NCBI GenBank assembly: GCA_963664395.2 | Contig: OY761159.2 | Span: forward strand, 416,001 to 480,000 | Length of the DNA: 64,000 nucleotides | DNA from: Candidatus Binatia bacterium | GTDB lineage: Bacteria; Desulfobacterota; Binatia; Bin18 | Reading direction: 5' to 3' | Part shown: positions 27,258-36,932 of the stretch, piece by piece | Position numbering within the stretch: the first letter of the stretch is position 1 | How the letters are laid out: each line of letters begins with the position of its first letter | The notes under the pieces: model-generated | What the model saw: only the letters and a program-made list of their open reading frames with translations | What the model was told of the DNA's origin: nothing | Database searches by the model: none | Translations under genes and position numbers: made by a program

Positions 27258-29015
27258 ATGAAGAAAAGAATAATGACGGCTGTTGTATTGTGTGTGACCC
27301 TGTGGAGCGGAGTGGCATTTGCTCAGACCGGGAACGGTAGGGCGATGCTGGAAAACCCCGCGCCCGATTCGCACCAGAGCGGCATCTCGGTGATCTCGGG
27401 ATGGGCCTGTGATGCACAGGAGATTGTGATCGAGATTGACGATATGTCCTTCACCGCAGCCTACGGCACTATGCGCGAGGACACCCAGGAGATGTGTGGC
27501 GATACCGATAACGGCTTCAGCTTTCTGTGGAACTGGAGCAACAATGGAGATGGAGAGCATACAGTCCGGGCCTTGTCGGATGGGGTGGAGTTTGGGACGG
27601 CCATTGTCACCGTGACCACCTTCGGCACGGAGTTTCTACGCGATACTCAGGGCTCATATATTCTCGACAATTTTCCGACCACCGGTGAGGAGACTCAGAT
27701 CAAATGGGTCGAATCCCTTCAGAACTTTGTGATCCGGGATAACCCGGCGGCTTTCACCAAGGACTTTGTGCAAGCCGCTCTGGACCGCTACGACCGGGAC
27801 GGACGCGAAGCAACGCTGGCCTACTACAACAGCCAAGCGAGCATTGAGGGAGAGTGGTATGTGTTCATCATCGACGAGAACGACCTCATCGTCTCACATC
27901 CGGTCATGCCCGATTTGATAGGTCAGGATGTCAAAACCATTGTCGGCGCCGACGGGTATGAGTTAGGCAAGGAGATTGCCACGGCAACCGAAGACGGTCA
28001 CTGGATTCACTACCTGTGGCCCAACCATGCGGCAGGCGGAGTAGAAGAGCCTAAACATAGTTGGGTCATCCGTCACGACGGGCTCATTTTTGGGTCGGGC
28101 TACTATGACCCGAGCAATCCCCATCGCGAACTTCTCCATAACCTTGTCCCGTCATCCCCATGCCACTTTCCTGGCCCGGACGGAGCGTGGCTGTTCAAGC
28201 GGTACTCTCGGGTTCCTGATATCGCCGCCGTTCTGGAGAATCCGACTCCGTATTCGTTCCGTAGTGGGATCTCCGCAATCTCCGGCTGGGCGTGTGACGC
28301 GGAGGAAATTGTCATTGAAATCAACGGGGAGCCGTTGACAGCCGCCTACGGCACCGTTCGGGGGGATACCGCAGAGGTCTGCGGCGATACCGACAACGGC
28401 TTCAGCCTGCTGTGGAACTGGAACAACCTCGGGGACGGGACCCATACCGCACGGGCTCTTATTGACGGCGTTCCCTTTGCACAGTCCTGTGTCACCGTCA
28501 CCACCTTCGGGGATGAAATGCTTGGAGATGAGGAAAAAGCGACCTTTACCCGCGACTTCGTGCAAGCCGCGCTGGACCGCTACGACTCGGAGGGGCGTGA
28601 GGCGACGGTCGCCCACTACAACAGCCAGGCGAGCATTGAGGGAGAGTGGTATGTGTTCATCATCGACGAGAACGACCTCATCGTCTCGCATCCGGTCATG
28701 CCCGACCTGATAGGCCGAGATATCAAAACCTTTGTCGGCGCTGACGGCTATGAGTTAGGCAAGGAGATTGCCAAGGCGACCGAAGACGGTCACTGGATTC
28801 ACTACCTGTGGCCCAACCCTGCGGCGGACGGGATAGAAGAGCCCAAACATAGTTGGGCGGTCCGTCACGACGGGCTCATTTTCGGATCGGGGTATTACGG
28901 CCCGCCGAATCTTCAGGAATACGAGCTGTTGGACTTTCCTGCCGCTGGCTCCAAGTCCACATTGCAATGGTCCCAACCTTTGCAGAACTTCGTGATTACC
29001 GACGTGATGCAGTAA
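27258..29015 (+). CDS. Secreted protein with two beta-rich (Ig-like) modules and two Cache-like domains
   Basis: Signal peptide; duplicated LENP....SGIS.ISGWACDA...YGT.R.DT...CGDTDNGF; duplicated WYVFIID...HP....G.....GADG...G......G.W..Y.WPN......PK.S......IFGSGYY. Confidence 0.8.
   Translation: MKKRIMTAVVLCVTLWSGVAFAQTGNGRAMLENPAPDSHQSGISVISGWACDAQEIVIEIDDMSFTAAYGTMREDTQEMCGDTDNGFSFLWNWSNNGDGEHTVRALSDGVEFGTAIVTVTTFGTEFLRDTQGSYILDNFPTTGEETQIKWVESLQNFVIRDNPAAFTKDFVQAALDRYDRDGREATLAYYNSQASIEGEWYVFIIDENDLIVSHPVMPDLIGQDVKTIVGADGYELGKEIATATEDGHWIHYLWPNHAAGGVEEPKHSWVIRHDGLIFGSGYYDPSNPHRELLHNLVPSSPCHFPGPDGAWLFKRYSRVPDIAAVLENPTPYSFRSGISAISGWACDAEEIVIEINGEPLTAAYGTVRGDTAEVCGDTDNGFSLLWNWNNLGDGTHTARALIDGVPFAQSCVTVTTFGDEMLGDEEKATFTRDFVQAALDRYDSEGREATVAHYNSQASIEGEWYVFIIDENDLIVSHPVMPDLIGRDIKTFVGADGYELGKEIAKATEDGHWIHYLWPNPAADGIEEPKHSWAVRHDGLIFGSGYYGPPNLQEYELLDFPAAGSKSTLQWSQPLQNFVITDVMQ
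27752..28898 (+). repeat. Intragenic ~350-bp direct repeat (~27752-28107 and ~28544-28898)
   Basis: Near-identical DNA encoding the two Cache-like domains. Confidence 0.85.
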
Positions 29016-29045
29016 CGTGGCCCGCTGTCCTCCTCAACGCTTAAC

Positions 29046-30236
29046 TCAGATCAACGACGCGCCCCGTCCGGGGTCTATGCCCAGCAGCGTACGCCCGTAG
29101 GTCTGTAGCCTGCTATCGAGATCAAACACGACATGGCAGGATATGGTATTCACATCGCGCCAGGCACGTTGGAATGGACTGTCCAGGAAATGGGAACGCG
29201 CACCGCTCGCTTCGCATACGCTTTGAATAATACGTTTACACTGGTCCACAGCCACAGCCAGCTGAGTCGCCCAGCGGGCGCGGTCTTCCAGTGTTCCGGT
29301 ATTCCGCTTGGCACGCACGTCCTCAATCATATTGCGCAAGAGTAATTCAGCCTCCCCTACTTCTACTTCCGCACGAGCAAGCCGCATTTGAGAGGCCGGC
29401 CGCTCGGCCTGTTTGCCACCCGTTTCTATGAGTACGCGCTTGGTGAGATATTCGTGAAACAAGCGCACCACCGTCCTGGCCTGACCCAGCACCGGCATGG
29501 CTGCGGCCAGGGTCAATATGGGCATCATCGGTGTCCGGTACAGCGGCCCGTCATGAAGCTGGGAGCCAGGGGCGTGACCGGAGCCCATTTCTATAATCGA
29601 GACGCTCCGCGCCGCGGGGATAAACACGTCTTCAATCACAACATCGTTACTGCCCGTGCCGGACATGCCATCGACGTACCACGTGTCTTCGACTTTCACT
29701 TCAGCAACAGGCAGTGCGAACCAGCGTGGATTGGGCTGGCCGTCTGCGGTCAGTTCCAGGGCCGCGGGAATGACCCAGTCCGCGTGCATAATGCCGCTGG
29801 CCCACTGCCAGCGACCGTTGATCCGATAGCCGCCGTCTTCCGGCACGGCGTTGCCGCCCAGCGCCACCATGGCCGGGGCAAGAATATACGACCGGTTCGC
29901 AAATAATTCTTTTTGAAACGCTTCAGGAAACTGACTCAAAATCCAGTTGTGCTCGATATAGAAATTTGACACCCAGGCGGTCGAAGCATCCCCTTCCCCC
30001 AGCGCCACCCCGACCTCAAAAAAGGTGTCCATATCAAGCTCAAGCCCGCCGTAGCATTTAGGGACCATGAGCTTATAGATTTCAGCTTCTTCCAGGGCGG
30101 TAATGACGGCATCGACCGGCTTGCGTTGTTTTTCCGCCTGTACCGCGTTTTCTGCCAGCATCGGAATCAGCGCCCGTGCCCGCGCGGCGAGTTCCGGACC
30201 AGTCGTGGGAGCGCTCTGCGTCTGAACCGTGCCCAT
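29046..30236 (-). CDS. Acyl-CoA dehydrogenase-like flavin monooxygenase (HsaA-type oxygenase)
   Basis: P..YGG.E, NGRWQWASG..HADW, DTW...GM.GTGS.DV and PFQRAWRD.....H motifs. Confidence 0.88.
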   Translation of the reverse strand: MGTVQTQSAPTTGPELAARARALIPMLAENAVQAEKQRKPVDAVITALEEAEIYKLMVPKCYGGLELDMDTFFEVGVALGEGDASTAWVSNFYIEHNWILSQFPEAFQKELFANRSYILAPAMVALGGNAVPEDGGYRINGRWQWASGIMHADWVIPAALELTADGQPNPRWFALPVAEVKVEDTWYVDGMSGTGSNDVVIEDVFIPAARSVSIIEMGSGHAPGSQLHDGPLYRTPMMPILTLAAAMPVLGQARTVVRLFHEYLTKRVLIETGGKQAERPASQMRLARAEVEVGEAELLLRNMIEDVRAKRNTGTLEDRARWATQLAVAVDQCKRIIQSVCEASGARSHFLDSPFQRAWRDVNTISCHVVFDLDSRLQTYGRTLLGIDPGRGASLI

Positions 30237-30358
30237 AGCCTTCTCCTTTTTGCTGTCTCGAATCGAGGTGCATCCTAGCCGAAAAAGCGCTATGCAAATA
30301 GTCGTCCCTGAGAAGCTGGAAGAGCCGGAAGAGCTGGAAGAGCGACAGGAGGAGTACG

Positions 30359-31516
30359 ATGCCAGTGAGCAGATTAGCCGGAATGGCCGGGATTGGGGTT
30401 GACCGCATGGGCAATCTGGCGGACCAGTCTCAGGACGGAGCGATACTACGTTTGGAGAATCTCGATACCGATCTGCGGCCACCGCCCGGAGTGGAAGAAG
30501 CCACCCGGCAGGCGGTGGCGGACGACAACGCCAACAGCTATCTGCCGTTTCTGGGTGCCGACCCCCTGCGGCAGGCCGCAGCAGCCCTGGTCAGCCGCCT
30601 CTCCGGTGTAGAGCACGACTGGCGTAATTCCACCATTGTCAGCGCTGGCGGTCTGAACGGCATTCTCAACGTGCTGCTGGCTCTGCTTGAGCCCGGAGAT
30701 GAGGTCATCCTCACCGACCCGATCTATATCGGCTTGGTGAACCGGGTGCGGCTGGCCGGCGGTGTGCCGGTTTTTGCTCCGTATCAGATTGAAGACGGCG
30801 TCTGGCGTTTGGACCGTGACCGATTACGTCAGGCCATGACGGCCAAAACAAAAGTCCTGCTGATGATGAGCCCCGCCATGCCGACCGGCGCCGTCTGTAC
30901 GCGCCAGGATTGGGACAGCATTTGCACGACTTGCCGGGAAGCCGACGCCTGGCTGCTGTATGACAGCGCCATGGAACGCATTCTATTCGATGGTCTGGAA
31001 TATATGCATCCGGCCGCGTTCCCCGGCATGGCCCAGCGGACAATTACCGTTGGCGCGGTGTCCAAGGAATACCGGATGATCGGCTGGCGGATCGGTTGGA
31101 TCGTTGCCCCGCCGGCCATTATTGATGATATCGGCTTGGTGAGTATCTCCAACGTGGTCTGCCCGGTCGGCATTGCCCAAGCCGCGGCAACAGTGGCTCT
31201 GCAAGCGCCCGACGCCGATATTGCCGCGGCCAGCGCGGAATGGCAGAACCGGCGGGATACGATCCTGCAGGAACTCGATGGCTTCCCCATAGTCAAGCCC
31301 CAGGGCGGCTGGTCCATGCTGCTGGATGTCTCGGGCTTTGGCCTGACGGGTGCGCAGGCCTCTCAGCGTTTGTTGGACAAAGGGAAAATCGCGGCAACGG
31401 CCATGACGGGCTGGGGAAGCGAGCGGAGCGCGAACTTTGTGCGCTTTGTTTTCTCAAATGAGCCCGTCAGTCGTCTGCGCGGCATGCGGGAACGGGTAGA
31501 GGCGGCTTTATACTGA
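30359..31516 (+). CDS. PLP-dependent class I/II aminotransferase
   Basis: PGDEVI..DP.Y, P.MPTG, D.A.E and SKEYRMIGWRIGW motifs. Confidence 0.9.
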   Translation: MPVSRLAGMAGIGVDRMGNLADQSQDGAILRLENLDTDLRPPPGVEEATRQAVADDNANSYLPFLGADPLRQAAAALVSRLSGVEHDWRNSTIVSAGGLNGILNVLLALLEPGDEVILTDPIYIGLVNRVRLAGGVPVFAPYQIEDGVWRLDRDRLRQAMTAKTKVLLMMSPAMPTGAVCTRQDWDSICTTCREADAWLLYDSAMERILFDGLEYMHPAAFPGMAQRTITVGAVSKEYRMIGWRIGWIVAPPAIIDDIGLVSISNVVCPVGIAQAAATVALQAPDADIAAASAEWQNRRDTILQELDGFPIVKPQGGWSMLLDVSGFGLTGAQASQRLLDKGKIAATAMTGWGSERSANFVRFVFSNEPVSRLRGMRERVEAALY

Positions 31517-31518
31517 GG

Positions 31519-31724
31519 AGGGGCAATTCATGAATTGCCCCTACGGAAAATCCCCTCCTCGGAGGGGTGGACGTAGGTCGGGGTGGGTTCTTCCCTGTGC
31601 AGCCTGTCCGCAGGAACCCACCCCGCCGCTGACGCGGCACCCCTCCCAAGAGGGGAGTAAGTAGGTCGGATTAGCGGAGCGTAATCCGACAAGGAAGGCT
31701 ACATATAATGGTGAATTGCTCTAG
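31519..31724. repeat. Cluster of four different palindromic repeat types
   Basis: aggggcaattcatgaattgcccct (31519-31542); cccctcc...gagggga unit (31552-31656, copy at 41560); gtaggtcggattagcggagcgtaatccgac (31661-31690); MITE-type end ggctaca...aattgctctag (31697-31724). Confidence 0.7.
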
Positions 31725-32134
31725 CTCGGCGAGGCTTCGAGTATCCGTCCGATTAGGGGGCTCTGGTGCCAGCAGATCACCTTCCAGGCTCCATCCCGGT
31801 ACACCCAGGTCAGGGTGAAACCCATGAAGCGCTGACGGAAACCGGCGTCGCGCGGTTTGCCCCGAAACGTAGAAAAGCCGCTGACATGGCCGGTATCGCC
31901 AAACACCTTGAAGTGCATTTCGCGCGGCTTCCATTCAAACGACTCCCACATGCCCTTCCCGCCGGCGTGGAAGGCAATATGGTCCTTGAAGTCGTCCAGG
32001 TCCATGCGCCACGGAAAGTCTTCGTCCAGAATTTCCGCCTCCGCGTCAAACGCCTGCCAGAAGGCGTCCAAATCGCCCGTATTCAGCCCGTCCTTCCAGG
32101 CGTGAAAGGCCGCTTCCAAACTCTGTATGTCCAT
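31721..32134 (-). CDS. NTF2-like (DUF4440-type) protein
   Basis: FGDTG.VSG and T...V..DG.WK....H.SP pattern; RBS AGGAG. Confidence 0.8.
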   Translation of the reverse strand: MDIQSLEAAFHAWKDGLNTGDLDAFWQAFDAEAEILDEDFPWRMDLDDFKDHIAFHAGGKGMWESFEWKPREMHFKVFGDTGHVSGFSTFRGKPRDAGFRQRFMGFTLTWVYRDGAWKVICWHQSPLIGRILEASPS

Positions 32135-32192
32135 GCTGTTCTCCTTCATCGATGATCGTTACTGCGGCTGCGCTCATCCGCGCCACCGGGTT

Positions 32193-32894
32193 TTACCATT
32201 TTTCGCCGAAGGGCCGGACATCCAACTCAAACGTCCACGCGCTGTGCGGTTGCTGAGTCAGGTGAAACACCGCGTCAGCAATATCGTCTGGTGAAAGAAA
32301 ATATTCGGTCGGTTTATCCGGCATCATTTCGCGGATATAGGGAATATCAATCATCCCGTCGATGATGACATATGATACATGAATTTTTTCCGGCCCAAGG
32401 TGGCGCGCCATGGATTGGGCCAGACTCCGCTGTGCGGCCTTGGCTGAGGCAAACGGAGCCGCACTTGCTCCCCCCCGGAGCGAGGCGGTCGCGCCACTCA
32501 CAACGATATTGCCGCCGCCGGCCTGCCGCATATCGGGGAGCACTTCTTGGGCGGTGACAAACAAGCCGCGGGTATTGATCTCCCACGCCTGCTGGAGCAT
32601 CTCAAGCGAAGTATTGTCGATAGTGACAAATTCGCCCGACCCCGCGTTGTAGACCAGGACAGCCACGGGGCCGAGGTCCTGACGAATGCGACTGAAGACA
32701 CCAGACGCCGCAGCAGTATCACACACGTCATAGGGATACGCATGCGTTCCGGAAATTTTAGCCGCCAGTTCATCTAAATAGGCTGCATTCCGGGCGCACA
32801 TCGCAACCTCGTATCCTTCGGCGGCAAATTTTCGGGTAAAAGACAGCCCGTTTCCCGGTCCCACACCAATAATGACACACACAGGTTTACTCAT
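32193..32894 (-). CDS. Short-chain dehydrogenase/reductase
   Basis: GVGPGNG, YNAG, GATASLRG and F...K.AQR.LAQSMAR motifs. Confidence 0.9.
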   Translation of the reverse strand: MSKPVCVIIGVGPGNGLSFTRKFAAEGYEVAMCARNAAYLDELAAKISGTHAYPYDVCDTAAASGVFSRIRQDLGPVAVLVYNAGSGEFVTIDNTSLEMLQQAWEINTRGLFVTAQEVLPDMRQAGGGNIVVSGATASLRGGASAAPFASAKAAQRSLAQSMARHLGPEKIHVSYVIIDGMIDIPYIREMMPDKPTEYFLSPDDIADAVFHLTQQPHSAWTFELDVRPFGEKW

Positions 32895-33092
32895 TGTTCA
32901 GCTTTCTCCTTTTCACTTGTGGCCTATATAGCGAGTTGGCGGTAGTAACTCTATGACGCTTTGAAATAAATATGCAGAATGGCATTCTGGACAACTACCC
33001 GGAAATTCGGTCACTAGCCGCACCGAGCCCGCTTGCCTATAATTCGGCACGACACAACGAGAAACCCAATCGCGCGTTACGAAAGGTCAATT

Positions 33093-34622
33093 ATGAAGCC
33101 AGGAATCACACATAGCCTCAAAGTCGGATTACTGCTCGTGAGTATCCTTGTCAGCCTGCCGGGGGCCCAAGCCGAGCAGCTTGGAGAACTGCATTTCCCA
33201 ACCTCCGGTTCGGCAGAAGCCCAAGAACACTTCCTTCGGGGCGTCAAATATCTGCATAATTTTGGATTCGAAGACGCCGCGGCGGCGTTCCAGGCTGCCG
33301 CGAAGGCAGAGCCGGACTTTGCGTTGGCCTACTGGGGAGAGGCGCTGAGTCACAATCATCCTCTCCAGCCTGCGCGTGACCTTGAAACGCCGAGAAACGT
33401 GCTGGCCCGTCTCGGTTCTTCACCCGCCGAGCGGGCAGCCAAAGCCCCGACTCTACGTGAAGCCGGCTTACTGGCCGCGGTAGAGCTTTTGTATGCAGAG
33501 GGAGAGGATGCCGAGCGCGCATCTGCTTACGCGGAGGCCATGGGTCGGCTGGCTGGCCAATATCCTGAGGACGAAGAACTTCAGGCGTTTTACGCCGTTG
33601 CCCTCCTGGGGACGGTCCGCCATCTCGGGGACAGTTGGGGGGCAGAGTCAACGTTTCGGGTACGGATGAAAGCCGGTGCGATAGCGCAGGAGGTGTTTCG
33701 CACACACCCCAACCATCCTGGCGCGGCCCATTATATTATTCACGCCTTCGATGATCCTATTCATGCGCCCCTGGCCCTGGCGGCAGCCGAACGCTACGCC
33801 CACATCGCCCCGGATGTCTCCCATGCCCTGCACATGCCCTCGCATATTTTTATTCAGCGCGGCATGTGGGCCAAAGTTGTTGCCTCGAATGAAGCCTCCT
33901 ACCAAGCCGCCTTCGCCAAGTGGCCGCAGCGAGACAGTTTTTCTGAAACACAACAATATTTTAACGACGTGTATATCTGGCACGCCTTGGATTGGGGCCA
34001 ATACGGCGCGCTGCAACAGGCGGATTGGACCAAGGCAAAACAGGCGATTGATCTTCTGCGCCCAGTGGCGGAGAAAAGCACCGTCTTGCAGGTCAAGGAA
34101 GGGGTCGGAGAAATGACGGCCCGCGCTATTGTCGAAAGCGAGCAGTGGCAGCAGCTCCCGTTTTCTTCCGACCTGACTGCGCATGAATTGATGGCAACAG
34201 GCATGAGTGCGGTACGTCTGGGGGATGTGGCAATCGCTCAACAGGCGGAAGCCAAGTTGAGAGCACTAGAGCAGGAAGAGTCGCCGTCCCGCTCCAAACA
34301 CCGCCAACAGGCGCTGACGATCATGCGTCTTGAGGTTGCAGCCCTGGTTCGTCTGGCACAGGGGCAGGCCGACGCCGCGCTCGCCCGCATGGACGAAGCC
34401 GTGACTATTGCAAACAGTATCGGCTTACCCAATGGAGCAGCCACGCCAATCAAACCCGCGCACGAGTTGTACGGAGAAATCCTGCTTGAGCTTGGCCAGC
34501 CTCAAAAGGCAGTGTCCCAGTTCGAGACCTCTTTGCAGCGTACCCCGAACCGTCGCCTTTCTCTGCGTGGCTTGGCGCGTGCAGCAAGCGGTGCCCTCAG
34601 CACTGCGCGTCAAAGTTATTAA
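33093..34622 (+). CDS. Secreted TPR-containing protein, possibly truncated by a premature stop
   Basis: Signal peptide; F..G...LH.F....A...F, HPGAAHYIIH and HALHMPSHIF motifs; coding-like sequence continues after the TAA. Confidence 0.8.
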   Translation: MKPGITHSLKVGLLLVSILVSLPGAQAEQLGELHFPTSGSAEAQEHFLRGVKYLHNFGFEDAAAAFQAAAKAEPDFALAYWGEALSHNHPLQPARDLETPRNVLARLGSSPAERAAKAPTLREAGLLAAVELLYAEGEDAERASAYAEAMGRLAGQYPEDEELQAFYAVALLGTVRHLGDSWGAESTFRVRMKAGAIAQEVFRTHPNHPGAAHYIIHAFDDPIHAPLALAAAERYAHIAPDVSHALHMPSHIFIQRGMWAKVVASNEASYQAAFAKWPQRDSFSETQQYFNDVYIWHALDWGQYGALQQADWTKAKQAIDLLRPVAEKSTVLQVKEGVGEMTARAIVESEQWQQLPFSSDLTAHELMATGMSAVRLGDVAIAQQAEAKLRALEQEESPSRSKHRQQALTIMRLEVAALVRLAQGQADAALARMDEAVTIANSIGLPNGAATPIKPAHELYGEILLELGQPQKAVSQFETSLQRTPNRRLSLRGLARAASGALSTARQSY

Positions 34623-34741
34623 AAGCTGCTCGCAGTCCGGGGTAACGAGAATATACCCGAGGCACTTCAAGAAACGAGAATTTAAGCGAGAATTTTTCTG
34701 GCGAGAGCGGACCGATAATATTCCACGAACGAGGAGCAAAC

Positions 34742-35573
34742 ATGTCCGAAGAATCGCATAGACAAGCAATAGATACCGGCACGGAACAACTCCTATGCCA
34801 TATCGAAGATCGTGTGGGGGTGGTGACCTTGAATCGCCCCGAAGTTCGCAACGCGCTGTCGGATACGCTGACTCCGGCGCTGCGCAGCATCATTCCGGAG
34901 CTGGCAGTCCGCCCCGATGTGGGTTGCATTATGCTGACCGGAGCCGGGACAGCCTTTTGCGCCGGCGGCGATGTCAAAACCTTTGGTTCGTGGTCCAAAG
35001 AAGAACAGACGCCGGAGGACAAGATCCAGCTCTTGCGACTGCGGCAAAGAACGCTGACTGGTATGATCTACGAACTCGAAAAACCTGTGGTCGCCGCCCT
35101 GCCCGGCCCGGCTGCCGGGGCCGGACTTTCGATCGCCCTGGCGTGCGATATCCGTATTGCCGCGGCGCGGGCGTTTGTCACCACCGGCTTTGGGAAAATC
35201 GGTCTCTCCGGAGATTACGGGGGAAGCTGGTTTTTGACCCAACTGGTTGGCACGGCCAAGGCGCGCGAACTCTATTATACCTCTGATCGCATAGATTCCG
35301 AAGAATGTGAGCGTCTGGGCATCTTCAATCGGGTCTTTCCGGACGAGGCATTTGAGGACTGAAGCCCTCGCCTTTGCCAAACGGATTGCCGCCGGCCCGC
35401 CGCTGGCTCTGCGCTATATGAAGGAAAATCTGAACCGAGCCACGACCCAAGACCTGCATACCTGTTTGGACATGGAAGCGGACCGGCTGGTTCGGGCGTC
35501 GGGGACACAGGATTTTCAAGAAGCGGTTCGGGCGTTCAAGGAGAAAAGGCCGCCCGTCTTCACCGGCCGCTGA
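34742..35573 (+). pseudogene. Enoyl-CoA hydratase (crotonase) family gene with a 1-nt frameshift near 35352
   Basis: LNRPE.RNAL, FCAGGD and GAGL.IALACD.R motifs; C-terminus TEALAFAKRIAAGP...DFQEAVRAF.EKRPP.F.G is in another frame (gca ttTg agg act). Confidence 0.85.
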
Positions 35574-35586
35574 GTTTTGCTGTCCC

Positions 35587-35985
35587 ATGACGACAAATAT
35601 TCTCTTGCTCGATGTCGATGGTGTGCTGAAATCTCTCCAGGGTGCAGCTGGCACCATACGCGGGACGGACTGGAAAGAGGGAGTCCAGGAATTCGTTGCG
35701 TGGTGTCAGGAACAGTTCCACGTCGTCCTTATCCTCTCTTCGTGGCAGGCTCACATCCACCTGGAATTCGCAGCGCTCGATATCCACCTGCCGTCCCTGT
35801 CCTGGAAGGCCACAAAAACTGAGGGGCTGGCCGGTCTGGTCGGGCCAGGAAAAAAGATCGTGTGGGTCGAGGATGGCTGGGACGTAGAGGATCGAGCGAT
35901 GGCGGAAAGTCTGGGTATTACACTGGTGGAAACACATTTTCACGAACCGCTCACACTGACGCGCCAAAAGATCGCCGCGGCATAA
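35587..35985 (+). CDS. Small HAD-superfamily domain protein
   Basis: LLLDVDGVL, SSW, K and VWVED motifs. Confidence 0.7.
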   Translation: MTTNILLLDVDGVLKSLQGAAGTIRGTDWKEGVQEFVAWCQEQFHVVLILSSWQAHIHLEFAALDIHLPSLSWKATKTEGLAGLVGPGKKIVWVEDGWDVEDRAMAESLGITLVETHFHEPLTLTRQKIAAA

Positions 35986-36060
35986 ACGCCGGGCTTTCGC
36001 TGGCCAGCAGCCCTTCAGACTGATACACGAGAACGCACGCACCAAGAAAAGGAGAACACC

Positions 36061-36876
36061 GTGGCACAAGAAATTGGTCTCGACGCCCTCACAATCGAGT
36101 ACGCCAGTATTGAAGACGCAAAAAAGATGTCCGGTCTGCGGCTCGTCCTGGGCAACTATGCTGTTCCCGGTCCGTGGCGGGAAGCGTGCAAAGGACTCTT
36201 TTATGTCAAAAACATTCCCTACACGCCGGTTGTTGCGGCGAGTCTGGATGGCAACGACACAGAACTCCGCGAATGGACAGCCCAGTCCAGCGCGCCGGTC
36301 GCAATCTGGAACGACGAGCCACCCCGCTCGAAGTGGTTCGAGCAGCTCCACCTGGCCGAACGTCTTGAACCCAACCCGCCTCTCATTCCGGGGAATATCG
36401 AAGACCGGATGCTGATGTTCGGCTATTGCAATGAGATCTGCGGCGAGCAGGGCTATGCCTGGTCAAAACGACTGATGATGGTCCATAGCATGCTGACCAA
36501 TCCAAACGTAGACGGTGGAACAAAAGCCTTTTGGACCGGCTTTGGCAAGAAGTATGGCTACAGCCCGGAAGCCGCCGAAGCCGCGCCGGAACGCATGGCA
36601 ACCATTATTCGCTCGCTGGCCTCACGGCTTGAGCAACAGAAATCTCATGCTAGTAAATTTTTTATTGGCAACCAGCTTTCCGCACTCGATATTTATTGGG
36701 CAACGTTTGCGGCACTCGTTGACCCTCTCCCGGAAGAACAGTGCCCGATGGCCACCGCTTTTCGCGGCTTTTACCAGAATTCCGACCCGACCGTTGCGGC
36801 CGCCCTCTCGCCCGCGCTCTTGGATCAGCGCGATTCTATTTATCAAGAATATCTGGAACTCCCCATCGTATTCTGA
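36061..36876 (+). CDS. Glutathione S-transferase-like protein
   Basis: PW.EA.K.....K.I, Q.SAPV and FFIG..LSALDIYWA motifs; RBS AGGAG. Confidence 0.7.
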   Translation: MAQEIGLDALTIEYASIEDAKKMSGLRLVLGNYAVPGPWREACKGLFYVKNIPYTPVVAASLDGNDTELREWTAQSSAPVAIWNDEPPRSKWFEQLHLAERLEPNPPLIPGNIEDRMLMFGYCNEICGEQGYAWSKRLMMVHSMLTNPNVDGGTKAFWTGFGKKYGYSPEAAEAAPERMATIIRSLASRLEQQKSHASKFFIGNQLSALDIYWATFAALVDPLPEEQCPMATAFRGFYQNSDPTVAAALSPALLDQRDSIYQEYLELPIVF

Positions 36877-36932
36877 GGCAGCCGTCCACGGAGCCGTTAG
36901 AGCAGACACACCGGTGTCGTTTGGAGCAGCGT

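Noticed and set aside
35360-35362. TGA in the crotonase gene as a possible Sec or read-through codon
   Set aside because: The downstream half is in a different frame, so this is a frameshift.
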